Assembly (NCBI GenBank): GCA_965153455.1
Contig: OZ234494.1
Coordinates: forward strand, 12,090,001-12,154,000
Length of the DNA: 64,000 bases
Direction: 5' to 3'
Source: Sphagnum compactum
Lineage: Eukaryota
A model generated the notes under the pieces. It saw only the letters and a list, made by a program, of their open reading frames with translations. It was not told the origin of the DNA and did no database searches. Positions 40,891 through 50,389 of the stretch are shown piece by piece (within the stretch, counting starts at the first letter, position 1; each line of letters starts with the position of its first letter). The position numbers and the translations under genes are program-made.

Positions 40891-41150
40891 AGTTCCAGTT
40901 CTCGTCGTGCCTCCCGTCCCCGTGCCATAGCCACCGGCTCCAGGACCTCCTCCGGCACCACAACCCCCGGCTCCACGACCTCCTCCCGCACCATAACCCC
41001 CGGCTCCAGGACCCCCTTCCGGCGCCATAACCCCCGGCTCCAGGACCCCCTCCGGCACCATATCCCCCAGCTCCAGGAGCTCCTCCGGCACCATATCCAC
41101 CTCCAGCTGTTGCTGCAGGAGCTCCAGTACCATATCCAGCTATGGCCAGG
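40891..41150 (-). pseudogene. Glycine-rich coding-type repeat (33-bp unit, GAGGYGAGGGP), frameshifted
   Basis: ORFs 40736-41164 and 40867-41133 share the repeat across a frameshift; a shorter copy is at 51236-51346. Confidence 0.65.
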
Positions 41151-41836
41151 TCCAAAACCCCCAAAGCATTTTCTATTTTCTACCTTCCCCACGGATGGAT
41201 GGAGGGACGGATGGAGGACGGGAGGGAGGGATGGATGGAAAGGACGACGGATGAGAAGGACGACCAGCCAAGGACGACAAAACCACCGATATTATATAGT
41301 TAGACTAGTGGGTACCCGTGACCTTCGGACACTGTGAAGTCCCCCAAAAGTAAGAAGACTTGCTGATGAGGGCATTAAAATATGTCCATTCCCATGTCTT
41401 GTGCTTTTCCATGGATCTTTTCCAAGGCTGCTTAGGTTTCATCATGAGAACATGAAGCTCAAGCAAGTCTAGAGTTCAAAAGCTGAACTTCCTTTGAGCA
41501 CTGTTACATTGCCAGCTATGGAGAATGTTTTCATCGGTTCCTGCTCAAGAAGATAAGGAGTTACTAAGAGAAAAGTCTAGGCTTTGAGTCTAAGCTTTCA
41601 GCTTCATGGGACCAAGATTTATGGTGAGAGAACTTCAGCTTTGAGTCTAAGTTTTCAGCTTCATGGTCAGAGGAAGAAGAAGCTTCAGAAGCTTCAAAAG
41701 CAGCTCAGAGTGATGGGTATCAATCTTCTCTAGCTCCATGAGCTTGATGAAGCAGCTCATGATCAGCATTGGAAGAAGAAGAACCACCACCCAGTTTGTT
41801 GTTACTGCTGCTTTTGCTCAGCTTCCTGGACAGTTG

Positions 41837-42047
41837 ATGGCTCAGAGATCATGGAGCTTCATCAAGCTGCTGCTGCTGATCCTACTGCTGCTACTGTTTC
41901 TTGTAGGCCATCCAGCTGAAGAAGAAACCACCTTTAAGTTGTCATGGTTGTTACTGCAGCAGCTGCATCTGTGGTCGACGACAATGACGTAGCAGCATTA
42001 TGGGCATTCAAGCAAGGAACTACATGGCAAGGAGCAGATCCATATCC
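41837..42047 (+). pseudogene. Captured signal peptide plus LRR N-terminal cap fragment (LRR-RLK/RLP-like)
   Basis: MAQRSWSFIKLLLLILLLLLFLVG, then after a frameshift DNDVAALWAFKQGTTWQGADP, resembling the LRRNT D..ALL.FK...W...DPC motif with an internal deletion. Confidence 0.55.
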
Positions 42048-42309
42048 AAAAATTATATACCTGATTTGTTCGTTTGAGATCATAAATCCGCAGATCCTTC
42101 TCATCAATTGTGTCCTCTCTGTCATACATATCTTTCTGCAATGTTCTGAATCATCATGAAACAAATGTCAAATCAGGGCAATCAGAATACGAACATAAAT
42201 GTGACTGCATAGTGCCTTCATTTTGAGTCAGTGCTGTGCTAGGCCCCATGTGCCAAAAAACAAAGCAGAGCAGGCTCATACCGAATGTCAAGTTCACAGC
42301 AGCTACTGA

Positions 42310-43218
42310 TGTCATACAGCTCCTTCTTTTGGTCACTCATCTCCTTCAAATCATCTTGAGCCATATCAAGGTCCCGCTGGAATTCAAGGAATTTCTTTTT
42401 AAAATGCCATTTTCCCCCATAACTTGACGGACTGTGCTATTGGCTTGGTCAAGCAGTTTCTCATACCTGTATATAGCCTCCAATCCCATACCCAGCATTC
42501 ACTATCATCTCTTCACATACATTGCAGTGAATAATCAGTGAACACAGGACTGCTCACATACTGCTCATCTTGTGAACACCCTGTCATAACTGCAGATACA
42601 GCAAGTTAAGGTATGAATGGAAATGACACCACAAAGAACATTAACTTACTCAGCTTTCTGCTGTTCAATCTCAGTGTCAGTATCATCCTCCTGCTGCTTC
42701 CTAACCTCTGCAAAATCAAGGTGGAGCTGCTCCTTATCTGTGTACAGGTTCTTAATTACCACCTCCTGGTCCTCTAGCTTTACTTCATAGGCCTCTATAA
42801 GCTCCTGTTGCACTCAATGTCAGCGACTGAACATATTTGAGAATTTCCAATCTTGCTATGCAAATTAAATAGCACAGCACATAATGAGTGACCTATCCTG
42901 GGTACCTGAAGAGCACGCTCATGTGCCATGTTCATTGTTGCCATGCGCTGGACCCAGCTTGCTACCTCAACTTCCTTTGACCGTTTTAGTTCTTGAAACC
43001 TGTATAGACATATGAATCATACATCTGAGTTTCAGAAAATGATAGACTGGGAGTTTTGGACAATAAAACCCCTGTAATATATTTGGCAGTAGGATACGGG
43101 AGCGCATCGAAAGCTTTTATGGACAAAAAGACATAATACCGCGGTAGAGGAGAGAGAAAGTTGTGTTGTTTCTTCAGCTCTGCATCGTTTTTCTCCTCTT
43201 GCAGTTTCATATACTCCA
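42310..43218 (-). pseudogene. CFAP57: Captured fragment of cilia- and flagella-associated protein 57 (WDR65/FAP57) coiled-coil region
   Basis: Exons 42999-42906, 42804-42650 and 42466 onward splice in phase to RFQELKRSKEVEVASWVQRMATMNMAHERALQELIEAYEVKLEDQ...EVRKQQEDDTDTEIEQQKAEYEKLLDQANSTVRQVMGENGILK, then (1-bp frameshift near 42398) KKFLEFQRDLDMAQDDLKEMSDQKKELY. An upstream piece EYMKLQEEKNDAELK starts at 43218. Recognised from remembered family motifs (E.D.D.EI...K.KYE.....GENGIM.KKF). Confidence 0.75.
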
Positions 43219-44141
43219 CTGCAAAATATTCTCCACTTTCATCGATCGAGCAAGCTTGCAATCAATCCCCTTGCTTCGATCATCACCTCTTGACCACATA
43301 CATACATCACAGAGGAAAAACTGCAGCAGAAAAACAGAACGCCTGGGAGCATCCTGAAAGGAACTCCATAAAAAACCCACTCCATAGTGCAGAATTGCCT
43401 GCAAGTAGCCATACTCACATTCTTTCGCAAGAATAAAACCCCACGATAGCTTCGAGATACCTTCAACGGAACGCCCGCCGCAGTTCGAAGCAGCAACACC
43501 ATCAGCACAGCAATGAGGAGAATTCCGGCCAAAACGTTTGCGCCTTCTCGTCGGCGTTACTCGTGACGACGACGACGACGACGGTGTGACCGCCGTTCCG
43601 GAATAGAATATTGCATTTTATGGCAGGCGGATAGGGGTGTCGCTGGAATACGCTCCTGATTGGTCCACAGGGATTTTCTTACCCACAATTTCGCAGTGCT
43701 AACAGGATCACATGATCGCCATGAGTTGTCGTCCTCCTCCCCTTTCATCATCTTCTTCTTTCGAGATGAGGAACTTGGATGGACGGATGACGGAACGGAT
43801 GGATGGAAAGGACGACCACCCAAGAATATTAGTGGGTGCCCGTGACCTTCGGCCACTGTGAAGTCCCCCCGTTTCTTTAAACTTGGTTTGTGTTTTAGTT
43901 TTTTTTAGAAACTTTTAACTTTTTTATTTTTTATTTTTATTATTATTTTGTGATCATCCAGCCGGACAGACATTTCATCCATCCCATTAATTGGGACGGA
44001 CAGTAGCTAAAAGAAAAAAAGCTTCCCCAAAATCCATCCCGTCATCAACTTTTATCTTTAGCACCGGTGGCCGTCATCGGGACGGATGCAGAGGTGTGTG
44101 CCACCTCGGATGTCACCTAGGTGCTTCAGTTACCCACTTAC

Positions 44142-44247
44142 CTTGGGGTTACACCCCTCTGTGGAGTCCAGCAAAATCTCGCATGGGGCCTTCAGCTTCA
44201 CAGAATGGACCATTTTGAAGGAGTGAAATGCCTTGTGGCCATGGAAA
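44142..44247 (-). pseudogene. Single captured 106-nt exon of an unidentified gene
   Basis: ttcag| acceptor and aag|gtaagt donor; open frame FHGHKAFHSFKMVHSVKLKAPCEILLDSTEGCNPK. Confidence 0.5.
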
Positions 44248-44812
44248 CTGAATTAAATTGCTATTAGGTGCCCACCCAAGGCTTTTCTGGGAGCTAGAAG
44301 GATTTGTAGTGGGTACCCGTGACCTTCAGACACGGTGAAGTCCCTTCTTTCTTTAAACTTGGTTCATGTTTTAGTTTTTTTTAGAAACTTTTATCTTTTT
44401 TATTTTTTTATTCATATGTGTTTTTTGTTTTTATTATGGCCGTAAATGCAGCGCAGTGTTAAACGCCAGGGAAAGGCTAGCACCGGTGGCCGTCATCGAG
44501 ACGGATGAGGGGAGGGATGATGGGACGGATGTTTTAATTATTATTTTGTATAACAAAAATAAAATGTTTCTTTTTCACTTTTGTATTTTTGTTTATTTGG
44601 ATGCAAGTTTGAAGTTTGGAGAAAGAAGACACACCTCATTCTTTTTCAAGTAGGGGTTTTTTTCATTATTTTTTCTTAATGTTTTTCTTCAGACACTGTG
44701 AAGTCCCCCGGTTTTTTTAAACCGTATTTATTTCAAAAACAAATTCTATTTCAAACAGCTACACATCATGAATGTAGCTTCTCGCGGAGCCATTTAAGAG
44801 ATGCATGCAACT

Positions 44813-47800
44813 TCAAAGGAGGGCTTCTTCGTACACAACATTGCGCATAAGGCCAATCCGGCCATGCATAGTGTCTGGCAATAGAACTTTGATGTTCGCT
44901 GGTGCCTTGGCACGTGAAAAGGCAACATAAAGTTGGCCATGCGAAAAAACGTCATCTGCGAGATGAAGGCCAACATGAGAGAGGGTCTGCCCTTGAGACT
45001 TGTTAATAGTCATCGCATAGGCTAGCCGCAAAGGAAATTGCTTCCTTGCAAATGTAAATGGCAAACCGCTGTTATCGGAAATGAACTTAATGCGCGGGAT
45101 AAAGGCCACATTACCAGCCCCTTTGCCTGTGATGATCTCAGCCTCAACGACTCGCATCGTGAAGCGTCGAATAATCAGGCGCGTCCCATTGCATAGCCCA
45201 GCCAAGGGGTCAAGATTGCGCAACAGCATCACTGGTGCGCCAATCTTGAACGACAGCTTGTGTGAAGGCATGCCACTGACTTCCAAAGTGTTGAGGAATT
45301 CGGAAGGGTATGTGTTCGCCACTTCCAAGTCCTCTGCGAAATCCGCACTAAGGAAGTCAACTTGTGCGCCTGGAAGGTAGCTTAAAACCATCACATTTAT
45401 TAGCGAAACCTCCTTGTTGCGAGGAGCCAAAATCACGCGCTCACGCAAATACTCGTTTGTGACCTGGCCCTTGTGTAGTTGAGGGTAGATGGCCATAGCC
45501 ATGGCTCGTGTGTCCGCAGGAGGGAGTTTCATCATGTCTGGACATTTGATGTAGTCCTCATCGATGGTTTCTAACTCGTTGTTGCCAAGACAAAGAAGCC
45601 AGTCTGCAAAAGTGCGATTCCCAAGATCGGGGTGAATAGCAATGGCATCATCGGCTCGCATATTTTCCGAAAGACGGAATACCTCAACAGATTCCCATAG
45701 GTAGGAGTTCTTGATCGATGCAGAGACAATGTCTGCATGGGATCCCCGGGGAATGACCGGAAGGACTTGGCGAAAGTCCCCTGACATGACGAAAACAATG
45801 CCGCCAAAAGGTTCATTCCTGTCTGTAAGGTCACGCAAAGTTCGATCCACCGCTTCAAAAGCGAGCTTATTAGTCATAGGAGCTTCATCCCAAAGGATGA
45901 GTTTCGTTTGACGGATTAGCGCCGCTAAATCATCTTGTTTACGAATATAACATAAGGACGTACAGTCGAGTGCGATCGGGATCTTCAGGTACGAATGGGC
46001 CGTTTGCCCTCCTGAGAGCAGAAGTGCAGCAATGCCTGAAGAGGCGACAGCAAGTGCAATATCGCCACACGAACGCACAGCGTTCAAAATCAAGTTTTCG
46101 ATGTAGGTTTTACCCGTTCCACCGGGGCCATCGATAAAGATGACTTTAGCGTGATGGGCAGCATATGCATTGATTACGCCATCATAGGCTGCACGCTGCC
46201 CATTATTGAGGCTCTCAATGGCCGTAGCCACCTTGACTTGCAAGACTTCAACATTGTAGTCGCGCTCCACCTCAAGCAGGCGATTGGTCTCTAATCGATG
46301 AAAGGCAACAGAGGGGGTAGGAAGGCCAAAATCCTCGAGAGTTTTGTTAAATTTGGCAAGCGTATCCCGTAAGGAATGTAATGCCCAACTCTCAATTTGC
46401 TCAATGGACGGTTCCATTATACCGCGACGTTGTAATGCTACCTTGCAGTCATCGCAAATGTGCTCCTTGTACTTGTCCCAGAGCATGCGCGGCTCACCTG
46501 GAACGCCAAAGGCCAAGATGGTCACAAACAGAGATCGCAATTGCGCACCTGTTTGCATGACAACTGCTTCTCCTAAACAAGCATTCCACTCGTCATCCGA
46601 GTCATACAAACCAAGTGCAATGCACGTTGATTTGAATGTGTCATGGACAACACCGTTAATTGTGCGAAGAACTTCAAAAGAAATAGCACCTTTGACCTTC
46701 GTTAACAATGTACGCAAGAAATAGCGTTCGCCAGCGGAAGGACTAACGAAATAAAGGCGCCCGACACAGCACCCTCTCTGCCGGATGGTCCATTTTTTCG
46801 TCCCATTGGTCCATGTAAACACAGAAGGAAAATCCATGTACGTGACTTTTCTTGCCAAGGGGTAATCAATATTGGCTTGGAAGTATTCGGTGAGCGTTGT
46901 TTTCTGGTTTTGCTCGCTATTAATAGTTTCAAAAATACTGGCACTTTCATTGTACATGACCTGATGCATTCCAGGCTCGTGCACGGCAAGGCGTGTGATA
47001 GACGGTGTCCCTTCATGCATTCTAAAAGAGAAAAGACGCCACGATGCCTCGGAAGCAGAGACATAACGTCCTTCAAGGTATGCTTTAATTTCATCGTGGT
47101 TTTGCCCCTCACCATTAGCAACAACCACCTGCGCATTGTTCTCCTGGCCATGCCTATTCGCCTGCCTTTCGACAACGGCAATAGCACGGTCAGGTCCCTT
47201 GTACACATACTTGTACATGTACTTGACGGCAGATATGGACGAACATATCTCCACGTTGATGTGCGCATGGTACTTGGTTGCCAAGTGAAGATTATACGGG
47301 ACAATCCACCGGTTATCCACCACGCGCTGCGTCTTTGGATCTACAAAAATGCGGGTTTGACGCCGCCGGTACTCCGGGTACCCGTCAACATCACAGCGCG
47401 TTTCTTCACTAAAGGAACGTGGGTACCTTTTCTTGCATTTTCCCTGCTCCATGCATTGTGCGTTGAGAAAATCTGGACCACATGGCCCATGCACCATGCA
47501 CGAAGTGACCGTCTCGTATGCCTCAGGATGGCGTATCGAATCCGGAATCTCGGCTGATACCATCGAATCGAAGTCCTCGGTGGTGCGCAATTTTGACGCT
47601 TCATCTAAAATGAGCAAAATGTGTGCGTGGGGCAAGCCTCTCTTTTGAAACTCGATGACCCAAATTTTAGCAATCACATTGCCAAGAACACCGTCTTTGA
47701 TGTCCCTCAAAAGGGTGTCAAGTTTCAAATTGAAAACGCGAGTTACTAACTCTGGGCGATCCTTGGCAATCTGCCCCAGGAGAAGCGCATCTGTAATCTC

Positions 47801-49648
47801 TTTCCATTTAGGATTACAGGTAAATGTGACAAAAAGGTCCGGCTTACCAAATTTGCGGACCCTGGCCATGGCATCTTGGTACAATTGGCCCATGGCGCGC
47901 TCACCACCCTGGAATGACGACGGGAGAATCATCTTTTGCCCGACGTCGTTCCCGAGAACGTCGCCAGCATTCAATGCATCTTGAAGACCATTGTACAGGT
48001 CGCAACGCAACTGTCGTTGGTTCTCGCGAATAAACTTCAAGCGGTTCTGTTCAGTACATGCATACGCGTCAACAATGAATTGTTGCAAAAGCCTTCCGGC
48101 TCGTAGAATCCATTCCTGGTTGACGCGATGCTGTAGCATGTATGCATAATATTGAAGCATGGTGACGCGCGCAGAACCGCGTTTACCACCTATTGTATTC
48201 TCGTCATCCTGGATGAACAAGGAACCATCCCATTGAAATCCATTCAATGGGATGCCGTCATGCCATCCGTTGCGTCCATCTGGGAAGAGAAGCACGTAGT
48301 GTAGTGGTGCGTATGCACTGTGCAGGGGAGAAACGCGCTGAAAATAGCCATTAGTCGAACGCAGAACAATGTCGCGTGCGTCTACTTCATCCACATCGCC
48401 CCCAACCATCAATGCGCCAACTTCGTCAACAGTTGGTGCATTATAACATTGCAAATTAGTGCGGCGATCGTTCACCAAACGAAGACTTAGCTCAATAGCC
48501 CCGCCTTGGAGCCGTTCCGCGGCCGTTTGGTAGATGATGGCATAGGGGTTGCATGCATGTAACATCGTTTGCAATGACTGCATGGTGTCCCTATTCAAGC
48601 CACCAAAATTGCCCATCCGGCCATCGAGCTCGGCATGCGGATCGCTGATGTATAGTTGGGCGAATTTTCGCGCCTCGCCAGGTTGAGGAAGTAGACTCCC
48701 CATCCTGTGGTAAAGCTCACCGCAAAGACGGTAAGTATAATTGCCAGGTTGGGCAACACTGGTATCCAGGTTGGCCCCCACAGACGTGAAGGCTAACGCA
48801 CTGTTGTAAGAGCGGATGTGCTGACGAAAGTCTTTCGCATCCGTTTCTTTACTTGTAAGGAGCCGCCTGAGTGGCTCTGGTGGGGGTGCCAACGGGGGTA
48901 GCGTCACTTTACCTTGCGCGCAACACAGTGTAAATTGCGGATTGGCGCACGAACTTGATGCGGCACGCTCTTCCAAAAAGTGTAGGGCGTCGCACTTGCC
49001 ACACACAGTGGTCATTTCACCTAAAGTGTGGCGAAGACCACGATGGCTGCCATCAAATTCATGGCGCGCCAAAGGTATCATTTGATTCCCACCTTGGTTT
49101 GCGCGATCTAGTTCACGCTGGGCACTACGTGCTTGACAATCAATGTTTTGAATTTCTTGGCGACGCTCTTCCGGCAATTGCTCACGCTGGCCCTGGTGAG
49201 CCTGAGGATCTGTGTTATGCATTTCATGTTGCCTATCAGAATGCAAAAGTGTCCGGGCGTTAACACGCCCAACATTTTCTAAAGCAATTTGCACATCGTT
49301 GCACGCAGTTCTCTGAACTACCCGCCAGCTGGCATTCATAACATTTTGCGCATTGTTGTGTGTAGTTCTCTTTACTGCCCGTCGGTTGGCATCCGCCGTA
49401 ATCTGGGCATCGCTGCGCTTGCTGGCATCTGCTGCAATTTGCACATCACTACGCACAACTCTCTGAGTTTTTCGTCGGCTGGTATCCGCAGCAATTTGCG
49501 CATCACTACGCGCAGCTCTATGAGTTGCCCGTCGGTTGGCATCTACCGCACGTTGCTTCTCAGATCGAGCAGCGTGCCTCTCCCGAGCAAGACGATTTCG
49601 ACGGATGCGCGGGTCCTCCAAAGGGGCCTCCTCTTCCTCTTCGTTCAT
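44813..49648 (-). CDS. Helitron RepHel transposase (Zn finger, HUH/Y2 Rep, PIF1-family SF1B helicase), 1611 aa, intronless
   Basis: CGKC...CCAQGKV Zn finger; Rep motifs FVTFTCNPKW, EFQKRGLPHAHILL and KYMYKYVYKG; helicase motifs GPGGTGKT, WDEAPM, GDFRQVLPV, GLCNGTRL, AMTINKSQGQT and HGQLYVAFSR. Confidence 0.97.
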   Translation of the reverse strand: MNEEEEEAPLEDPRIRRNRLARERHAARSEKQRAVDANRRATHRAARSDAQIAADTSRRKTQRVVRSDVQIAADASKRSDAQITADANRRAVKRTTHNNAQNVMNASWRVVQRTACNDVQIALENVGRVNARTLLHSDRQHEMHNTDPQAHQGQREQLPEERRQEIQNIDCQARSAQRELDRANQGGNQMIPLARHEFDGSHRGLRHTLGEMTTVCGKCDALHFLEERAASSSCANPQFTLCCAQGKVTLPPLAPPPEPLRRLLTSKETDAKDFRQHIRSYNSALAFTSVGANLDTSVAQPGNYTYRLCGELYHRMGSLLPQPGEARKFAQLYISDPHAELDGRMGNFGGLNRDTMQSLQTMLHACNPYAIIYQTAAERLQGGAIELSLRLVNDRRTNLQCYNAPTVDEVGALMVGGDVDEVDARDIVLRSTNGYFQRVSPLHSAYAPLHYVLLFPDGRNGWHDGIPLNGFQWDGSLFIQDDENTIGGKRGSARVTMLQYYAYMLQHRVNQEWILRAGRLLQQFIVDAYACTEQNRLKFIRENQRQLRCDLYNGLQDALNAGDVLGNDVGQKMILPSSFQGGERAMGQLYQDAMARVRKFGKPDLFVTFTCNPKWKEITDALLLGQIAKDRPELVTRVFNLKLDTLLRDIKDGVLGNVIAKIWVIEFQKRGLPHAHILLILDEASKLRTTEDFDSMVSAEIPDSIRHPEAYETVTSCMVHGPCGPDFLNAQCMEQGKCKKRYPRSFSEETRCDVDGYPEYRRRQTRIFVDPKTQRVVDNRWIVPYNLHLATKYHAHINVEICSSISAVKYMYKYVYKGPDRAIAVVERQANRHGQENNAQVVVANGEGQNHDEIKAYLEGRYVSASEASWRLFSFRMHEGTPSITRLAVHEPGMHQVMYNESASIFETINSEQNQKTTLTEYFQANIDYPLARKVTYMDFPSVFTWTNGTKKWTIRQRGCCVGRLYFVSPSAGERYFLRTLLTKVKGAISFEVLRTINGVVHDTFKSTCIALGLYDSDDEWNACLGEAVVMQTGAQLRSLFVTILAFGVPGEPRMLWDKYKEHICDDCKVALQRRGIMEPSIEQIESWALHSLRDTLAKFNKTLEDFGLPTPSVAFHRLETNRLLEVERDYNVEVLQVKVATAIESLNNGQRAAYDGVINAYAAHHAKVIFIDGPGGTGKTYIENLILNAVRSCGDIALAVASSGIAALLLSGGQTAHSYLKIPIALDCTSLCYIRKQDDLAALIRQTKLILWDEAPMTNKLAFEAVDRTLRDLTDRNEPFGGIVFVMSGDFRQVLPVIPRGSHADIVSASIKNSYLWESVEVFRLSENMRADDAIAIHPDLGNRTFADWLLCLGNNELETIDEDYIKCPDMMKLPPADTRAMAMAIYPQLHKGQVTNEYLRERVILAPRNKEVSLINVMVLSYLPGAQVDFLSADFAEDLEVANTYPSEFLNTLEVSGMPSHKLSFKIGAPVMLLRNLDPLAGLCNGTRLIIRRFTMRVVEAEIITGKGAGNVAFIPRIKFISDNSGLPFTFARKQFPLRLAYAMTINKSQGQTLSHVGLHLADDVFSHGQLYVAFSRAKAPANIKVLLPDTMHGRIGLMRNVVYEEALL

Positions 49649-49791
49649 TGGTTTAATGAGAGTTGTTGTGTTGAAGGGGGGGGAGATAGGTGAAGAGGTC
49701 TGTTCAAAGCAAAGTTGTCTGTAATGAGCTCACATTGCGTCCCCTTTCCAGATGTCAGAACTCCAGAAATCATAATCCTCAGGGCCTCCAT
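49645..49791 (-). other. 48-aa uORF containing a captured adenylate kinase P-loop exon
   Basis: MEALRIMISGVLTSGKGTQCELITDNF...; polypyrimidine tract plus AG acceptor at ~49805; TGA overlaps the RepHel ATG. Confidence 0.8.
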
Positions 49792-50119
49792 TCCTGTCGG
49801 GGCCTAATTTTGCCAGAGGAAAAAAAAAAAAAAAACCAATAAGTCGAAATATTATGATGTTGCAGCAGCAACAACGCTTTGGAATTCTGCCTGGACAACA
49901 ACGAAGATAGAATTGTAGAAACAGTGTCAAACTGGCTAAATTTACAGCAATATTCCTTCCATCAGAAGTGCTTTCCAATTTGCAATTCTAGAAATTTCTT
50001 CAATGCACCTTGGCTGCAATGAGCTCACATCACATCGTCACTGGAATTAGAGAGCATCGGCATTGGGTTGAAGACGTGGACGTTCTTCCTGATCACTAAT
50101 TATGTGACATGGCCATGTT

Positions 50120-50389
50120 TGCACAACTTTCGTAAAACAGATTTCTCTTGATAGGCAGGCAACTATCACATTGCTTTGTATGTCACATTCGCAAGGAAGA
50201 CCTTCATTCCCTTGACATGACCTTCGATATGCTGGATAGATTGCTCCTGGCAAGAAGCTCGTCCAAGCTAGTCGACATGAAACCCACCCCTGAGTTGGAA
50301 ATCACCACTTTCTTCACAAAATTTGGATACATCTCTACCATCCGAAATGCCACCATGCCACCATAGTTGGTTCCCACCAATTGTATCTG
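50120..50389 (-). pseudogene. Captured alpha/beta-hydrolase exon (sister of 38960-39229)
   Basis: LVGTNYGGMVAFRMVEMYPNFVKKVVISNSG; 13-bp deletion relative to copy 1 near 50216. Confidence 0.8.

Larger units (their letters stand above)
31248..41304 (-). mobile_element. Large Helitron copy 1 (disabled RepHel plus cargo)
   Basis: CTAG at 31248-31251; second 3' remnant at ~32331; 5' end TCTAACTATATAATATCGG beginning at 41304. Confidence 0.85.
41305..43828 (-). mobile_element. Non-autonomous cargo-carrying Helitron unit
   Basis: CTAG at 41305-41308 plus terminal motif; 5'-subterminal ggatggaaaggacgaccacccaag at 43801-43824. Confidence 0.75.

Noticed and set aside
32437-49724. Many short overlapping or antisense ORFs (e.g. 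226 aa at 34510 and 46877)
   Set aside because: Shadow frames of the GC-rich RepHel coding sequence, duplicated only because the element is duplicated.
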